Assembly (NCBI GenBank): GCA_964035545.1
Contig: OZ037769.1
Span: forward strand, 3,887,929 to 3,951,928
Reading direction: 5' to 3'
DNA from: Bugula neritina
Taxonomy: Eukaryota; Animalia; Bryozoa
DNA length: 64,000 nt
Shown here piece by piece: positions 35,701-49,100 of the stretch (position 1 is the stretch's first letter; every line of letters starts with the position of its first letter). Position numbers and translations under genes: made by a program. Under the pieces are notes generated by a model, which worked only from the letters and a program-made list of their open reading frames with translations, was not told the DNA's origin and ran no database searches.

Positions 35701-38700
35701 GACCGTTAAGTTGTCTATTTGATCGCTGCAAGTGCAAGTCTTTTCAAAATTGCAGTCCCTGTTTCTGTTGCTAAATTAATTAAATACGGAATATCAATAT
35801 GAGAACCTGGTACCAGATTCAGAGGGGTTTATTGACTAAAATGTAATACTAATATAGCATATTTTAAGGGTTTTGTTCACCTATCCACGTTCACTGTTCA
35901 GGGTGAGAGTTGCCTAATATTAATAACTGAAAGCAAAGCTCTGAGTCGCAATCTGTAACTCAAACTGTAAGTCAAAGTGAAAGTGAAAATGTGGTCACCA
36001 AATCTATAAGTAAAACTAAGTGTAGAGTACTTTTAAATGAAAGTCAGTGTAACTGTGCCCATCGCTGTGTTCAAGTATAAGCCAAAGGCTATTACTATTA
36101 GTATTACTATTATTACTCTCGGAATGTCTAAGGCTTGTTTATCATTTATATTATCATTATGATTTAGATTATCATTATTGAATTTAATGTTAATAAAAAT
36201 ACTAAATCTAATAATAATAGTGATAGTTTTTACTTAGCCTTATAGATACACTAATACCTAAAGTTTGATGTGTTAGAGAAAAAAGTTAGTTGGTATTTAG
36301 GTAAACTCTAATAGTAATGCTAATAGCCTAAGTTTTTCAATTTTCCTAATAAGCTTTAGTTTGGGCAGGTCGAAATTTTCTCAAGAACATAACATTAACT
36401 TCTTTTGCTACATTTTCAAACTAAAACAAAGGCTTTGCTCAAGTTCTCAAATCTTGCACCTACCTCTTCATCCATGCTGATTATTTCAACTTGGTACAAG
36501 GGAAATCATTGTCTAATATATAATACTATCCCTGTACAGTGTGTAGTCTACTTATAACATCTTCTCTGTGATTACTTTTATAATAATGTCAACATCTTAG
36601 TTCATCTTTTCATGTTATTTATATTTTGCTTTTAGGTTTGAAGAACGAAATATAATTGAAATATAGTGTAACTAGAGCTGGCTGGTTACAAATAGTTTAA
36701 TAGTGATTTCACATTTATAAATTAAATTCACATGATAGTACAAATATTTACTTTATCATCATGCGTTCAAACCATACTTTTGCCTTCATCAACGTTTTGC
36801 TGAGTATAAACGTGGGTGAAATATGCAAAGCTTTTACATTGCGCGCTTAAGCTAGTTCCTAGTTCTCAAATACAGCCATTTAACAAAAACATATGCTAGT
36901 GGACAGGCTATGTTATAATTATAGTAAAATAAGTCAAGTTCTAAAATATTTTTTTATCTTCAGTTCAGTTATTTATATTGTATTTTTGCTCACTTGCCGC
37001 AAAAATTTATTCGTTTTTAAAGGTTTTTTTTATGTTAATGTACTTTTGAGATTGTTTGTAGTCCTGATGGTGTAGTTTGATGTAGAGGTGTAATTGTAAA
37101 CACAATGAAATGAGCACCAGTCATACTGTGATACTGTATGTATATACTGTAATAGAAAAACTGGAACAAGCCTGTGTTCCAGACTGAAAATGTAACAAAA
37201 GAAGTTATTTTCTCTTGAAAAATTCATCTCGCCCCCTCAAACCAAAATTTATCAGCAACATTAAAATTTCCTCACTACTGGGCCTAAATAGATATACTTG
37301 CATGGGGTACATTGTCTCACTGTGGTTGAGTGTCATTGTCACATTTACATCAAATCCTAGATTGACTTTAACTTCATGATTCACAAAAATATGCTGTTTA
37401 CTCAGTTGAATTTAAAGTGATATTTTATGTGTATTTATATATGATATATTATTGAAATATGCACTCTATAATACTGCTGTGTTGAATAGCTAGGTTGTCA
37501 TAGCAACCAATTTGCTACAACTTCCAAACCCAATGCTTGAGGCTATTTCTTATTATTTTTAAAATTGTCTTCCAAGAGGAGGTCATCTTTAAATATTGCA
37601 AACCCCTGTGTTGAAGCATTTATTGCATAACTTATTCAACTCCAAGTTATTGAAGGATCAATAGGTGCTAGTCCACCATTTGCAATTAAAATATACCCAT
37701 ACATGAGATTGATTTCAACTACTTGAACATCTCTTGAGACACCTTGCTTATAAGAATTTATATAAAAATATATACCTATAAGAATGTAGTTTAAACAGCA
37801 TGACTGTAAAGCCTGTTCTAAACTTGGCTGGATGACTTGCTACCCTGAAATACAAGTCAAGAGATATGGATCTTGTATTGTGTAAATTTTCTATATGCTT
37901 CTACAGTAATAGATAGCCATAACTCTTGTTTTATTTATAACAATGATAACTGCTGCGATAATAGACTGTATATGTTTATAGCACTATAAATAACACCAAA
38001 TTTAAGCTGTGTGAATTAAGCATGGTGGTACCTTGCTCTAAAAATGTTAAGACAACAAATTGTTACTAAACTTGAGAGTTGTTTTCTCACCTTCTCACAG
38101 ACAAAACTAAACTATAGTTGTAGCATGTAATTTGTGTGGATTTAATCTGCTGCAGTAAAACTACATGAAAACACATATATTAATAATTTGTGTAATTTTC
38201 CAGTATAGATGTATAAAATATTTTATTCCATGAGCTATTAGTTCTATTATCTAAAAAACATTTTTTGCTGTGACCAAATCAACTTTAGAAAGTAATGTTT
38301 CAGAGAATGTTGCTTATAGTTTAATTTTTTTGCTAAGTTGGGGTACTTACACTGTATGCCTTTAAGTCATTGAACAAAAATTTTAGTTATTGATTTTAGC
38401 TAATATTTTCTAGTAATCCTAATAAGTATTTTATATGTTTCATGTTTACTGTAATGGCAAATAGCAAATAATGGAATTCATCGTTCACGCTCTCTGTTCA
38501 CTAAATTTTCAAAATTTTCTTAGATAATAATTTATTATGTATAATATCTCTTTGATAATTTTTTTAGCAAAATATATAATGTAGTGCTACAATCGAAAGC
38601 CAACCACATAAAAACCGTGTTTACAAAAGTCTGCAAGTAAACTTGAAAAGACATTCAACTGTCTATTACATCACCCTGCAAGACTTGTTTTTTCATGCCT

Positions 38701-39939
38701 GGTAAAACTAAAACTATAATATTTAGTTTTTTTCCATCTTATTTATATTTCAATTCAATGAGTACCAAAAATAGAAATAACAAAATATAAAGATATCAGC
38801 TTGTGGAGGTTTCACTAGCGTCTCCTGGTAACCGTGCCCTCACTTCACAGTAACCGCAAGCTCTGTGATTAATTCACTTGGACCTTGATCTGCTCTCAAT
38901 TTCTATTTGTTTTGCTTTGTTTGAATAATGCATCTTTAGAAAGTCAACAACTAGCATGTAGCTCAACAACTACATTTCTTCATATCGGAACTAGCTTTTC
39001 AAGTCTGACATTTCTTATTGGCCTAGACTCTAGAGTAGTTCTTTTGAGTTTGTAGCACTGTTTTTCCACTATGTAAATGGATGCTCATATCATGAATTTG
39101 TGGTTGCTGCCTGCATGATCTTACGGTCGTGGTTTCATTGATATAACAACTGTTACCAAACATGGAATGAAAAATAATGCAAAGCTTGGAAATGTAGTGT
39201 AAGTATGAGTTGAAAAAAGACAAGTTTTTTTTTGGTTAAGCAAAACTAAGATTAGTGTTGTTATTAGTGAGTGTCAGTGTATGCGGTATGATATCTGGGT
39301 TATACAGCTGTACCATTTTTGATCTAATATCTCTAAATATAAAATTTTATTTCTGTATGAAATATAAAATATCCCCAACTAGTTTTTCACATGAGTAATG
39401 TCTGTTGAGACACAAATCCATTGCTTTCATTCTGCAAATATTGTACATGCAACAAATATTGTTTGGTAACTACATGATTTCATAAATGAAATAAAATAAA
39501 CGAATATATAGCAAACAACTAGGCAGACAAGAGAGATTTTTTTCAAATATCTTCTAAAATGTTAAGTATGGAATTGTCCGTTCTTCAAACCTTGTTTTCA
39601 TTCGCTTTCACCAGTATATGCATAATACTGGTCTTTTAGTTGAGTTTGCTTTGTACGTGCGTACATCATACTTATTTATTCTGTATATGGATATAGATGT
39701 ATAATATAGATTTGTCTGATGCATGTTGATTGTCAGTGGAATATAAATTAGTTGAAAAAATGACTGCTAATGTACTCAAGGTTTTAATGACCCATGATTT
39801 AAAATAACTCAACTCGCAGAGATCTGTCGATTAGTTGCTCAGAGCTATTTTAAATTTGGTTACTGTGACAATATTTAATTATTAATAGTTTATTACATAA
39901 AAACAACTGTCAGCTTATTGTCTTTGCTAATTGCAAACT

Positions 39940-40050
39940 GTTCAGCCAATGGGTACGGTGCCTTGTCCAACTTAAACTCTGATTGGTTGGTTCATCAATC
40001 GCGAATAAGTCTTCGCTTTTATAAATGCGCAGCCTGTGTCAGTCAATGAT
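39940..40050 (+). promoter_or_regulatory. Candidate proximal CCAAT/TATA promoter of OXR1
   Basis: AGCCAAT (~39944), inverted GATTGG (~39980), TATAAA (40020) and Inr-like TCAGTC (40039) just upstream of the first coding exon. Confidence 0.45.
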
Positions 40051-40174
40051 TAATAGTATTGCCATACTTGTATGTGAAAGTACTACTTATTCAGTGAAAT
40101 TTATGGGAATTTGTACAATTCAGAGCAAGCATGCAGACGTTTCTCATTTAAAAAGTGGTTGATGTCTACTCACT

Positions 40175-43100
40175 ATGCCAGGACAGGATATCGAGCTTTC
40201 TGATTCAAATGGACATCAACCGATCAATGAAAATAAGCTTGGTAAGCGTATATCCTATTCTATAGCAACTTAAAACTCTGTTATACAAACTGTAAGGCGA
40301 CTGCAAACATTAATCAAATGTAGTAACAAAAAGACTCTCCCCTCTCCCCCATTCAGTTAGCACCTGATGACCTCGACTTTCAGTTTCACTGCCAAGCCTT
40401 TTGTAGTTTATACGACTGATAATCACAATGGATTCATTTAATTGAACCTCAACTATAATAGACATGTAAATTATAATTCTATTGTCTCTCTTCTTATACT
40501 ACAATAAGACTTAGATTTTCCTGTAGCACAACTGTTGGTCTTTCATCTTATATTCAATTGTAGAGGTAGAACCTCTTTCTGTAAGGCTGGTCTCTACATC
40601 TCAATGTTTGGTGTGCTGCACTTGTACTAGTTATTATCCACTTTTTAATTACACTTTATTGTAGACCAAGAAACATGCCAGAAACTCAAGAGGAAGGGTC
40701 AAATCACTCAGCCCCCCAACACCATAGCTTACGTGGTTAGTTTGAACTTACATACTCTTGTTGAACAAAACCTACAAATCAGACTGCTCTAACCATAGCC
40801 AATCTCCATTCTTCTACAGCCATTCATATGTAAAGCTGTACTGTAGGAAAACTGCCAACACCTTTATTGCCCTTTAGAGCTGCAAAAGCAACTCTCAGTT
40901 GCTTACACCAATAATATCCCATGCTGTTGCTTTTTGTTGATCTTTCATAAGTTATATTAATACAGTTACAGCCAAGTAGCAGTTCAGCTACAGCTACATT
41001 ATTGCACACACAATTATACAAGCCTGTGGAACTGAATTTAATTACTATAATATAATTATATAACTAGTGCTTAATTGTGGGTATTCAATAGAACTGGTCA
41101 ACTGTCCAAAGTCTAAGCTATTCCATGCAAAGTAAAGGCAGGTAGCATGTTTGTTATTCTGATGCATAAAATATGCCATTATTCCAGAAAGATCTGTGCC
41201 AACACAGTCCTAGTGCCAAAAATTCTCTTTTAGCTGAAATCAGATTCTGATAAAAGAACAAAACAACACAACGAAAACAAATCAATTTTTATATCATTTT
41301 GATGCATTCAGCTGTAGAGAATAAATAATGTCTTGGTTTGTTGAGTGAATTAAAGTTGGTGCCCCCATTGTAGAGATATTCAACTTTTAACATAATGTAA
41401 TATAGTTACCTTAACTTTAATTTATTGTTGATATTAGCACAAGTGTCAACTAATTTCATCACAACCCATAAAGCAGTTGAAGCTCTGCTTTCTGCATAAT
41501 GCAACATTTCCCCACTAGATTTGTGGTTTTAACATGACTTAAATGTCATTTTTCTCTTGCTTGATGAGTGACATGCTTGGCTTTTAATATAGTTGTAGTC
41601 TTACAACATCTATTTTGATTGTAAAGCTTATATGCAGAGAATAGTATGATTTCTGAAGCACATTTGTTGTACAAAAAAGACATATATTGAGGAATTTTGG
41701 TGGAAATAAAATTGTATATTCTTTCCCTATTCTTACCATTTTAATGTAGGCCATTTTTCCTGGCTGCGCAAGTTCTTTATAACCCACAGCAATCTTAGTT
41801 CAGCGTCATGGGGGTCCTTTCAACCACCCTTTCCAGAATATGCATCTATTGAGAGTCTGTGGTTTAACTGATAGCATCATACTTTGGCAGATTAATTTTC
41901 CTACATTCATTGTGGTTTGAGTGGTGTCAAAATGACGTTAGCTTCAAACTAGAGGACTATAAGTGAAACTATATGCATCTGTCTGTGCAGTGACTAGAGG
42001 AAACAGTGTTACCATTCACTGACAATGCTACTATATGGTAACGCATACATACAGAGTCACTAACAAGTCACATTCCCTGGTCACAGTCTAAGATTCGAAT
42101 TGATTGAGAGCAGAACTGTACACATACTTTACCGATATAATTACATGATTTAGATTTGACTACTGAATTAGGTTAATAATTTTACGGCCATTTCATAATG
42201 TGATTATTACTATAAGTAATACTAATATTGTTACCCATAATTCTGCTCTATCTTTTTCCTAATTTTTAAGGACAAAGAATTGCGTTTATGAGGTGCTGGA
42301 AGAAAAGAGCTTTTTGTCTAAAAATTAGGTGCATTTTGCTTAAACAAAGAAATATTAAATATCAATAACAAATCTTGATGGCTTTTTATAAGTTAGTATA
42401 CATAGGAGTCTACTATCTTTTTTTGTCTCACCCTGAACTATTATCACTGTAAGCTACTCTCACTATAAACTACTCTCACTCTGTACTACTCTCACTGTAA
42501 ACTACTCACTGTGAACTACTATCACTGTGAACTACTCTCACTGTGAACTGCTATCACTCTGAACTACTGTCACTCTGAACTACTATCACTGTGAACTACT
42601 TTCACTGTGAACCACTCTCACTGTGAACTACTCTCACTGTGAGCTACTCTCACTCTGAACTATTATCACTCTTAACTACTACTTTAGGTCAAGCCAGATG
42701 ACAAGCTCACCAGTATTGCTGCGTGTTTCGACACGACTCCATCCATCATAAAGAAGATCAACAGACTCAGCATGGAGTTCCTGTACCCAGATCAGGTATG
42801 TTGTCATGGAAGCAAAATCTACTTCTTATTCTATAATAAACCTTTTCTGTATTGCATCTTGCATGTGTAAAGTTTTTGCAGGTGTGTTTCTAGTGGTAGT
42901 TCTATATAGGTCTTGCCACATGGAGTAGAATTTCTCTGGGAAATGTGCAGCCAAAGTTACCTCCTGCACACAATACTTTGACAGCAGGAGTAAAAAATTA
43001 TCTACGCATGGCTTTACTGTCCCACGATATAAATTATTTAATTTTGAAACCTCACGACTCCCAATAATGCACATTTTTTTGGAATGTAAATGATAAACTG

Positions 43101-46100
43101 AACCTTGAAAATGGACTTGCTAAATAGTAGTAAGTAGATTACTACTGCCTAAACTTTTCCCAGTATTTATTCAGCATTTTCACTGCATTCAATCCAAACT
43201 AGCCTTTTTTACCTATTGTGTGAAATTTTCTCTATAGGTCCTTGCTCTATGTGGTATAGTATGCATTACTAAATAATGCTACAGTGGAATGTTGTGTACA
43301 CCAAGTGCTAACATTTCCTGCAATACCACACATACCAGATACTAAATACCACGTGCCCATTACTTCCAAGTATTATGTATGTGCACACTGCTGCCAACTC
43401 ACCATTGAAGTCATGCGTCTACCAGCATCCATGGAGACCCAAACATTCATGTGATCTGAACTGCTTGTTTGCAACTGGAAATGTTGCATAAGTCGAATAA
43501 AAGTAACTTCTAATCTGATATTTTCTTCATTCTAAAAATGTGACGTCATTTCCTGGCTTTGAGATGTTGAAATGACTTCGAATGCAGCCACACGGCTTAT
43601 CACCGAGAATAATTTCACACGTAGAAGAGAATAAAACAAGTATATTTGACCTGCTATCTGCCCAGTAGCCGCGCAAGCTAGCATGCAGTGTCCACAAAGA
43701 TTGTGTTTATTTGCACACAGGAGTGATAACAAAAATTGGTGTTGTATTCCAGGGTATTACGTGACTCTAGTGATGAAAACAACAATGTTTTGGTTCCATC
43801 GTGAAGTAGGCATGCCCTTTGCATGACACTACTCAAGTCCTTAGAGTCAACTTCCTAACAAAGAACTGAGACATAACAATACAGTATCATATAACATTAT
43901 ACTGTGATATATAGCAGGTTAAATAGTGGAGGGACAAATCTTTCAACTTTGATGTGAAGAAGTATTGTTTAGCTAAAGTTTCTAATATTATGTTCAGGAA
44001 TTAATATTTCTCAGGCTACTATTATGTAACTGTTGAACTGGCAAATACCTGCTGTGATGTTCTCAGACTAAACAACAGCTTGTCTGCTAACATTATATGT
44101 GAAACTGGTTGTTAATAGTTGGATGGCAGTAAACCAATTATACTTTATTATAATTACTATACAATTATTCTATAGCTAATACTTTAAGGTTTCTAAGTAG
44201 TTGCTTGACCTCTGCAGACTAAAGTTAGTCTTGCAATACAAGCTACTACTTGGCCAACTTCTTCCCAATCAACTTAACTCTCTCAAAGGAGCAGCGAACT
44301 CAGCTTGTTAATTTGTTACTGTTTCAGGTTATATACATCCCTGTGAACTCTGGCCAAGATTCTACCACCAGGGGGAGTGAGGTATTTCTATCCAGTATGT
44401 CCAGTTCGGATGATGAAAAAACTGCTTCTAATTCTACACACAATGTATGTAGGAATTCGTAAACATTTAAATATATATATAGTTCTAATTTTAAACATGG
44501 TGAACACGGAAAGTAGAGAATTTTAGCTAATGCAGATACTCAACTATGAAAAGCTAAACTATTTACAGAAAGTAAGGTTGACTGATTACTGCAACATAGC
44601 CTTAGGTCTTGTGTTGTTATTTAGGAGTAGTTTCGGCTGGTTATTCCTCTCCCCTGTTGAAACTGAATATAGAATCAACTTTTGTTTTGATCCTCATTAA
44701 TCAAACAGTCAAACAGCAGATAATTTATCCACAGTTGAAAGTTTTTCCAGTTTTTGCCAGTTGCTTCATCAGTTGTCGGTTGTTTCATCGTTTTAGTTAT
44801 CCTTTTAAAAAATTACATTTGGCGAAATACGACACAATTTGCCATATTAATAACGATTTATATTCATAGTTAGTGTTCAGGATTATAGAATAATGTATAG
44901 TGAGCTAGAATGTGTGGGGTTGTAATACCACTGGCAAGTTCTAGTTAGCTCATTGGTTAGAAAGTTCTAGAAGTGTTTTTTGATAAGTTAGACCGACTCT
45001 CTACATATTCTAGCTTATGTTCCTTAGATATCGAGACTGAAGTACCCAGGGTTTGCTCATCGCTTGCAGGATAGAGACATCACAGGCTACCGTCGGCAGC
45101 GAGCATCCGTGTCTTCTGATGAAGGGTCAGCGGAGTTGAGATCTGAGAGCTCAGAGCAGTGTCTGGTGCAGATGTTTGTGAAGATCAACTCCCACTATAT
45201 ACTTACTGAAGAGGTTTGAATATGGATTACCTATTTGTTGGTTTACCTGATGTTACAGTTCATATTTTTGATGGAGAGATAATATTGTATATTTACATAG
45301 ATATGATATATTATCTGTTATTTGCCAACATTTTATCAGCATTCACATTACATAGCATGAATCTAAGCAAAACATGTACTATTGCAGCTAGTTTAGCTGA
45401 ACTGTTCAACAGATAAAGTTCAAACTAATATAGAGTTTGTCTCTTCAAATGATATATAATAAGTTTAATCTATTTCCTGACACGCAATGTCAGGCTAAAG
45501 TAGCTTATCAGCCCGTCGTCTGCAGTTTATTTTATCGATAGCTTGTGCTCTACTGTTTTCAGGAGACGGTGAAGGGAACGCTGCTTGTCACCCCCAATGC
45601 CGTGATGTTTGATCCTAACGTGTCCGACCCACTGGTGATGCAGAATGGGATAGAGGAGTATGGGATGATAGCCAAGCTGGATACCGTCGTATCGGCAGCT
45701 ATTTACAGAGACAGCCAAGCTATGCAGAGTCTGCGTTTACACAAGTATGTTTATACATACAGTTGCTTTGCTGCAAAACAAGTAGTCCTGTGTGGTAACC
45801 TGATGTTGAGTGTTTATAGACTGTGGACAATAAACTATTTTGTCTTTAATAATCTGTAATGCTTTATAAAATAAGCATTTTTAAATTTTAAAGTAATTTC
45901 AAAAGGGTTAATGAAATTATTTAATAATATTTTCAGGGTTTGATTTTATTTTAATAAGCTAATTATATTAATTTTTTTTCAACTGTACTTCAGCATTTTA
46001 GAAATGCTTTTAAGAAACTTGTTCATTTTATGTTTGCTAGAAGGAACTGTTTCAGATACAGTGTTTTAGCACTACAATATAATATGATATAAATCTGATA

Positions 46101-49100
46101 TATACAGTTGCAGACTGCAACCAATGGTTTGATTCTCATCAATCAGGATTTATTCATCCACAAATAGGATAACAATCTTTTGAATTAAAACCCAAGTTAC
46201 TACTTTTTCTACAGGAACGACCCCTCTATATGTACACCAGAAATCTTCCACTTGGAGAGTTGTCACTTGGCTAGCCAACCAGAAGGAGATATCTGTGTTG
46301 ACAGCGAGACCTCTGTAGATATACCAGACTTAACGCTGCCGTGCTCCTGTGGTGCTGACTCAGAGTCACTTACGCTGTAAGCTGCTTCTGGTTTATTCTA
46401 GAATTTATACTATCAACTGTGAGACCTTGGCAAGATTGTTGTGTCACTCAACACATTGCATACTCTAGTATAATGTTCTTTATTTTGATGTGCCAGCTGC
46501 AAGTCTGTGTTGTGTTTACATGAGTGGAAAACCTAGCCTTGCTGCATAGGAGGGGTTCCTGTGGTGCCCCTGGGTTTGGCCATAGTGTCTAAACTTTAGA
46601 CCTAAGTGCACAATGATAGGTGCAAGAGGTACTGCCTTACCTTCTGAGTATGTGTGGCCACTACCACTCAATATACTACTACTACTCAGTACTCTACTAC
46701 TACTCAGTACACTACTACTACTCAGTACTCTACTACCACTCAATATACTACTACTACTCAGTACTCTACTACTACTCAGTACTCTACTACTACTCAGTAC
46801 TCTACTATTACTCAGTACTCTACTACTACTCAGTACTCTACTACTACTCAGTACACTACTACTACTCAGTACTCTACTACTACTCAGTACTCTACTACTA
46901 CTCAGTACTCTACTACTACTCAGTACACTACTACTACTCAGTACACTACTACTACTCAGTACTCTACTACTACTCAGTACTCTACTACTACTCAGTACAC
47001 TACTACTACTCAGTACTCTACTACTACTCAGTACTCTACTACTACTCAGTACTCTACTACTACTCAGTACACTACTACTACTCAGTACACTACTACTACT
47101 CAGTACTCTACTACTACTCAGTACACTACTACTACTCAGTACAGTACTACTACTCAGTACTCTACTACTACAGCAGTAGTTGTATGTACTGTGTTATTCA
47201 TTCATGGGAATAATTTTTTCCACTATGCAGTAGTGTAATGGCTGGGTGTGGCAAGTTATGTAATCACTGTGTTACATAACTTGTTATATAATAAGTACTG
47301 AAGCCCCTGGGTGAAGCCTCAACTCTTATATTTTCAGCAGACACTTCTTGGAAGAGTGAAATATTTTTCCATCGTTTCTTCACTTTGCTTACAAAATAAC
47401 AGAACAATTTTGGTCATTGGCAGAATATTAAAACCCACATCTGAAAAAGTGACGTTGAGAGTATGTTTGAGTTTAGTGGTCTGGGGTTACTAACCTCCCA
47501 ATCTAAATTAGCTAAACCACATAGGCTATTCAGATATTGAAGATATTTTCTAGCTAGCACAGCTGCTTTTCTCTCCCAAAGTAGTGCGAAATGCAGTTGA
47601 AAAGTTGAAGCAGGTTTTCAGTGTTTTCTCTGCTATTCATGAAATGTGTTCTTAATTTGAAATGCTTTTAATAGTTTCTAATGTAAATGACTCTTGTATA
47701 ATACTTATAGCCAAACTATTGTAAACATTTTCTTTGTATGAAAAACTGAATAAAATTAAGATTATTGTGAAAGTTTGGAAAGTTGAGAGACGGCACTTAT
47801 GCTGTCTAGACACTGTTAGGTAATCAAGTTAAGTTACATAATAATCGCAAAGGACACTTGAATAGGAAACATCTCATACCCCTGGATAAGCTGCACAGCT
47901 TGCTTTGCAATGCTGCATATGTGTTACATGACTCAATCAGCTCTACTACATGCTGCAACAAAAATATTTGTCATAGTCAGCTTCCAAAAATAGATAACTT
48001 ATTGTATTCAAAAAATGTTGCTCTAACTTGTGCTTTGCTTTCACTTTCTTTATTGAAGCTGCATTTATATTTATTGTCTTTCTGAACTTTTTCTATTTGT
48101 ATTTTGATTTTTAGATCACCCAACACTACAGTAACGTTTTTGAATACAAGGGAGACAAACCTCAATGCCAAGGATGACAATGGCTGTTGTAGTAAGCTGC
48201 GCACAGCTGAGACCACCCCTGAGAGGACTGCAGTTTATACTAACACACACCGTGTCAAGGACAATAACATATCTACCTCAATACCCGCTACTAAACCTGA
48301 CTCCATTACATTCCCCATCAGCTGCAGCCATTCTCGTACCAATTTCTACACTGCCAGCTCATTGGACGATCCAAGCATTGACTATAATCTAGACGACGGG
48401 CCAGTCAGCCAAAGTATAGAGAAGCATGTAAATTCCTTCTCATCACCTCGAGGTCATCGGAGGACTGGGTCAGCGGCATCAAGTATCTACAGCGTAGGGA
48501 TGACCTCCAACACAGAAGTATTTGTTGACTATTCATGTGGAATCTTTGCTGGATATGCCAACACGCTGAATCATGGGAACACAACTCATGGCAATATGAA
48601 TCATGGAAGCACGGCTCATGGAAATGATCTATTAAAGAAAACGATGGTGGCCAACCACAACAAAACTATTCAGAAAGACACGACAGACGGCGGTGAGCTA
48701 CCCGACAGCGCTGTCCTGCCAGACAGCGGTGAGGTTCGGAAGTGCGTCACTGTACGTCTGGAAGACGGCGTGAGTAAAGAGGAGCGACCTAGTTTGTTTC
48801 AGCCAATCAGTGGTAAGTGCAATGACCAGCCGTTGAAGCCAAGTCTATTCTATACGTACATGCCTACACAACTGTCTATCACTTACCATAGCTGGAAAAC
48901 TTGTCAACAGAATTCCGAGTAGAATTATTATTGGCAACCTGCACTTGTTTTTCCTTGATTTGTTTATTTAGTTCCAACATGTAAACATTTCGTCATGTCT
49001 ACCATGTAGACATGACGAAATGTGTAAATGACATTACTTGGTTGGTAGACCTTGTTGCCGAGGCCAACCAGAAAGAGCAGACGAAATCTGAGCCATACTA

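Noticed and set aside
36636-37230. Separate small gene upstream of OXR1
   Set aside because: There is a good acceptor at 36635 but only short, motif-less ORFs; more likely a 5'-UTR exon or intron.
42432-42685. CRISPR-like appearance of regularly spaced repeats (also at 2695, 6025 and 60895)
   Set aside because: Head-to-tail units without unique spacers, no cas genes, eukaryotic intronic context.
46613-47238. Three ~190-aa repetitive ORFs as a mucin-like or membrane protein gene
   Set aside because: Artifacts of the 18-bp array; OXR1 exons 46376^48115 splice in frame around it.
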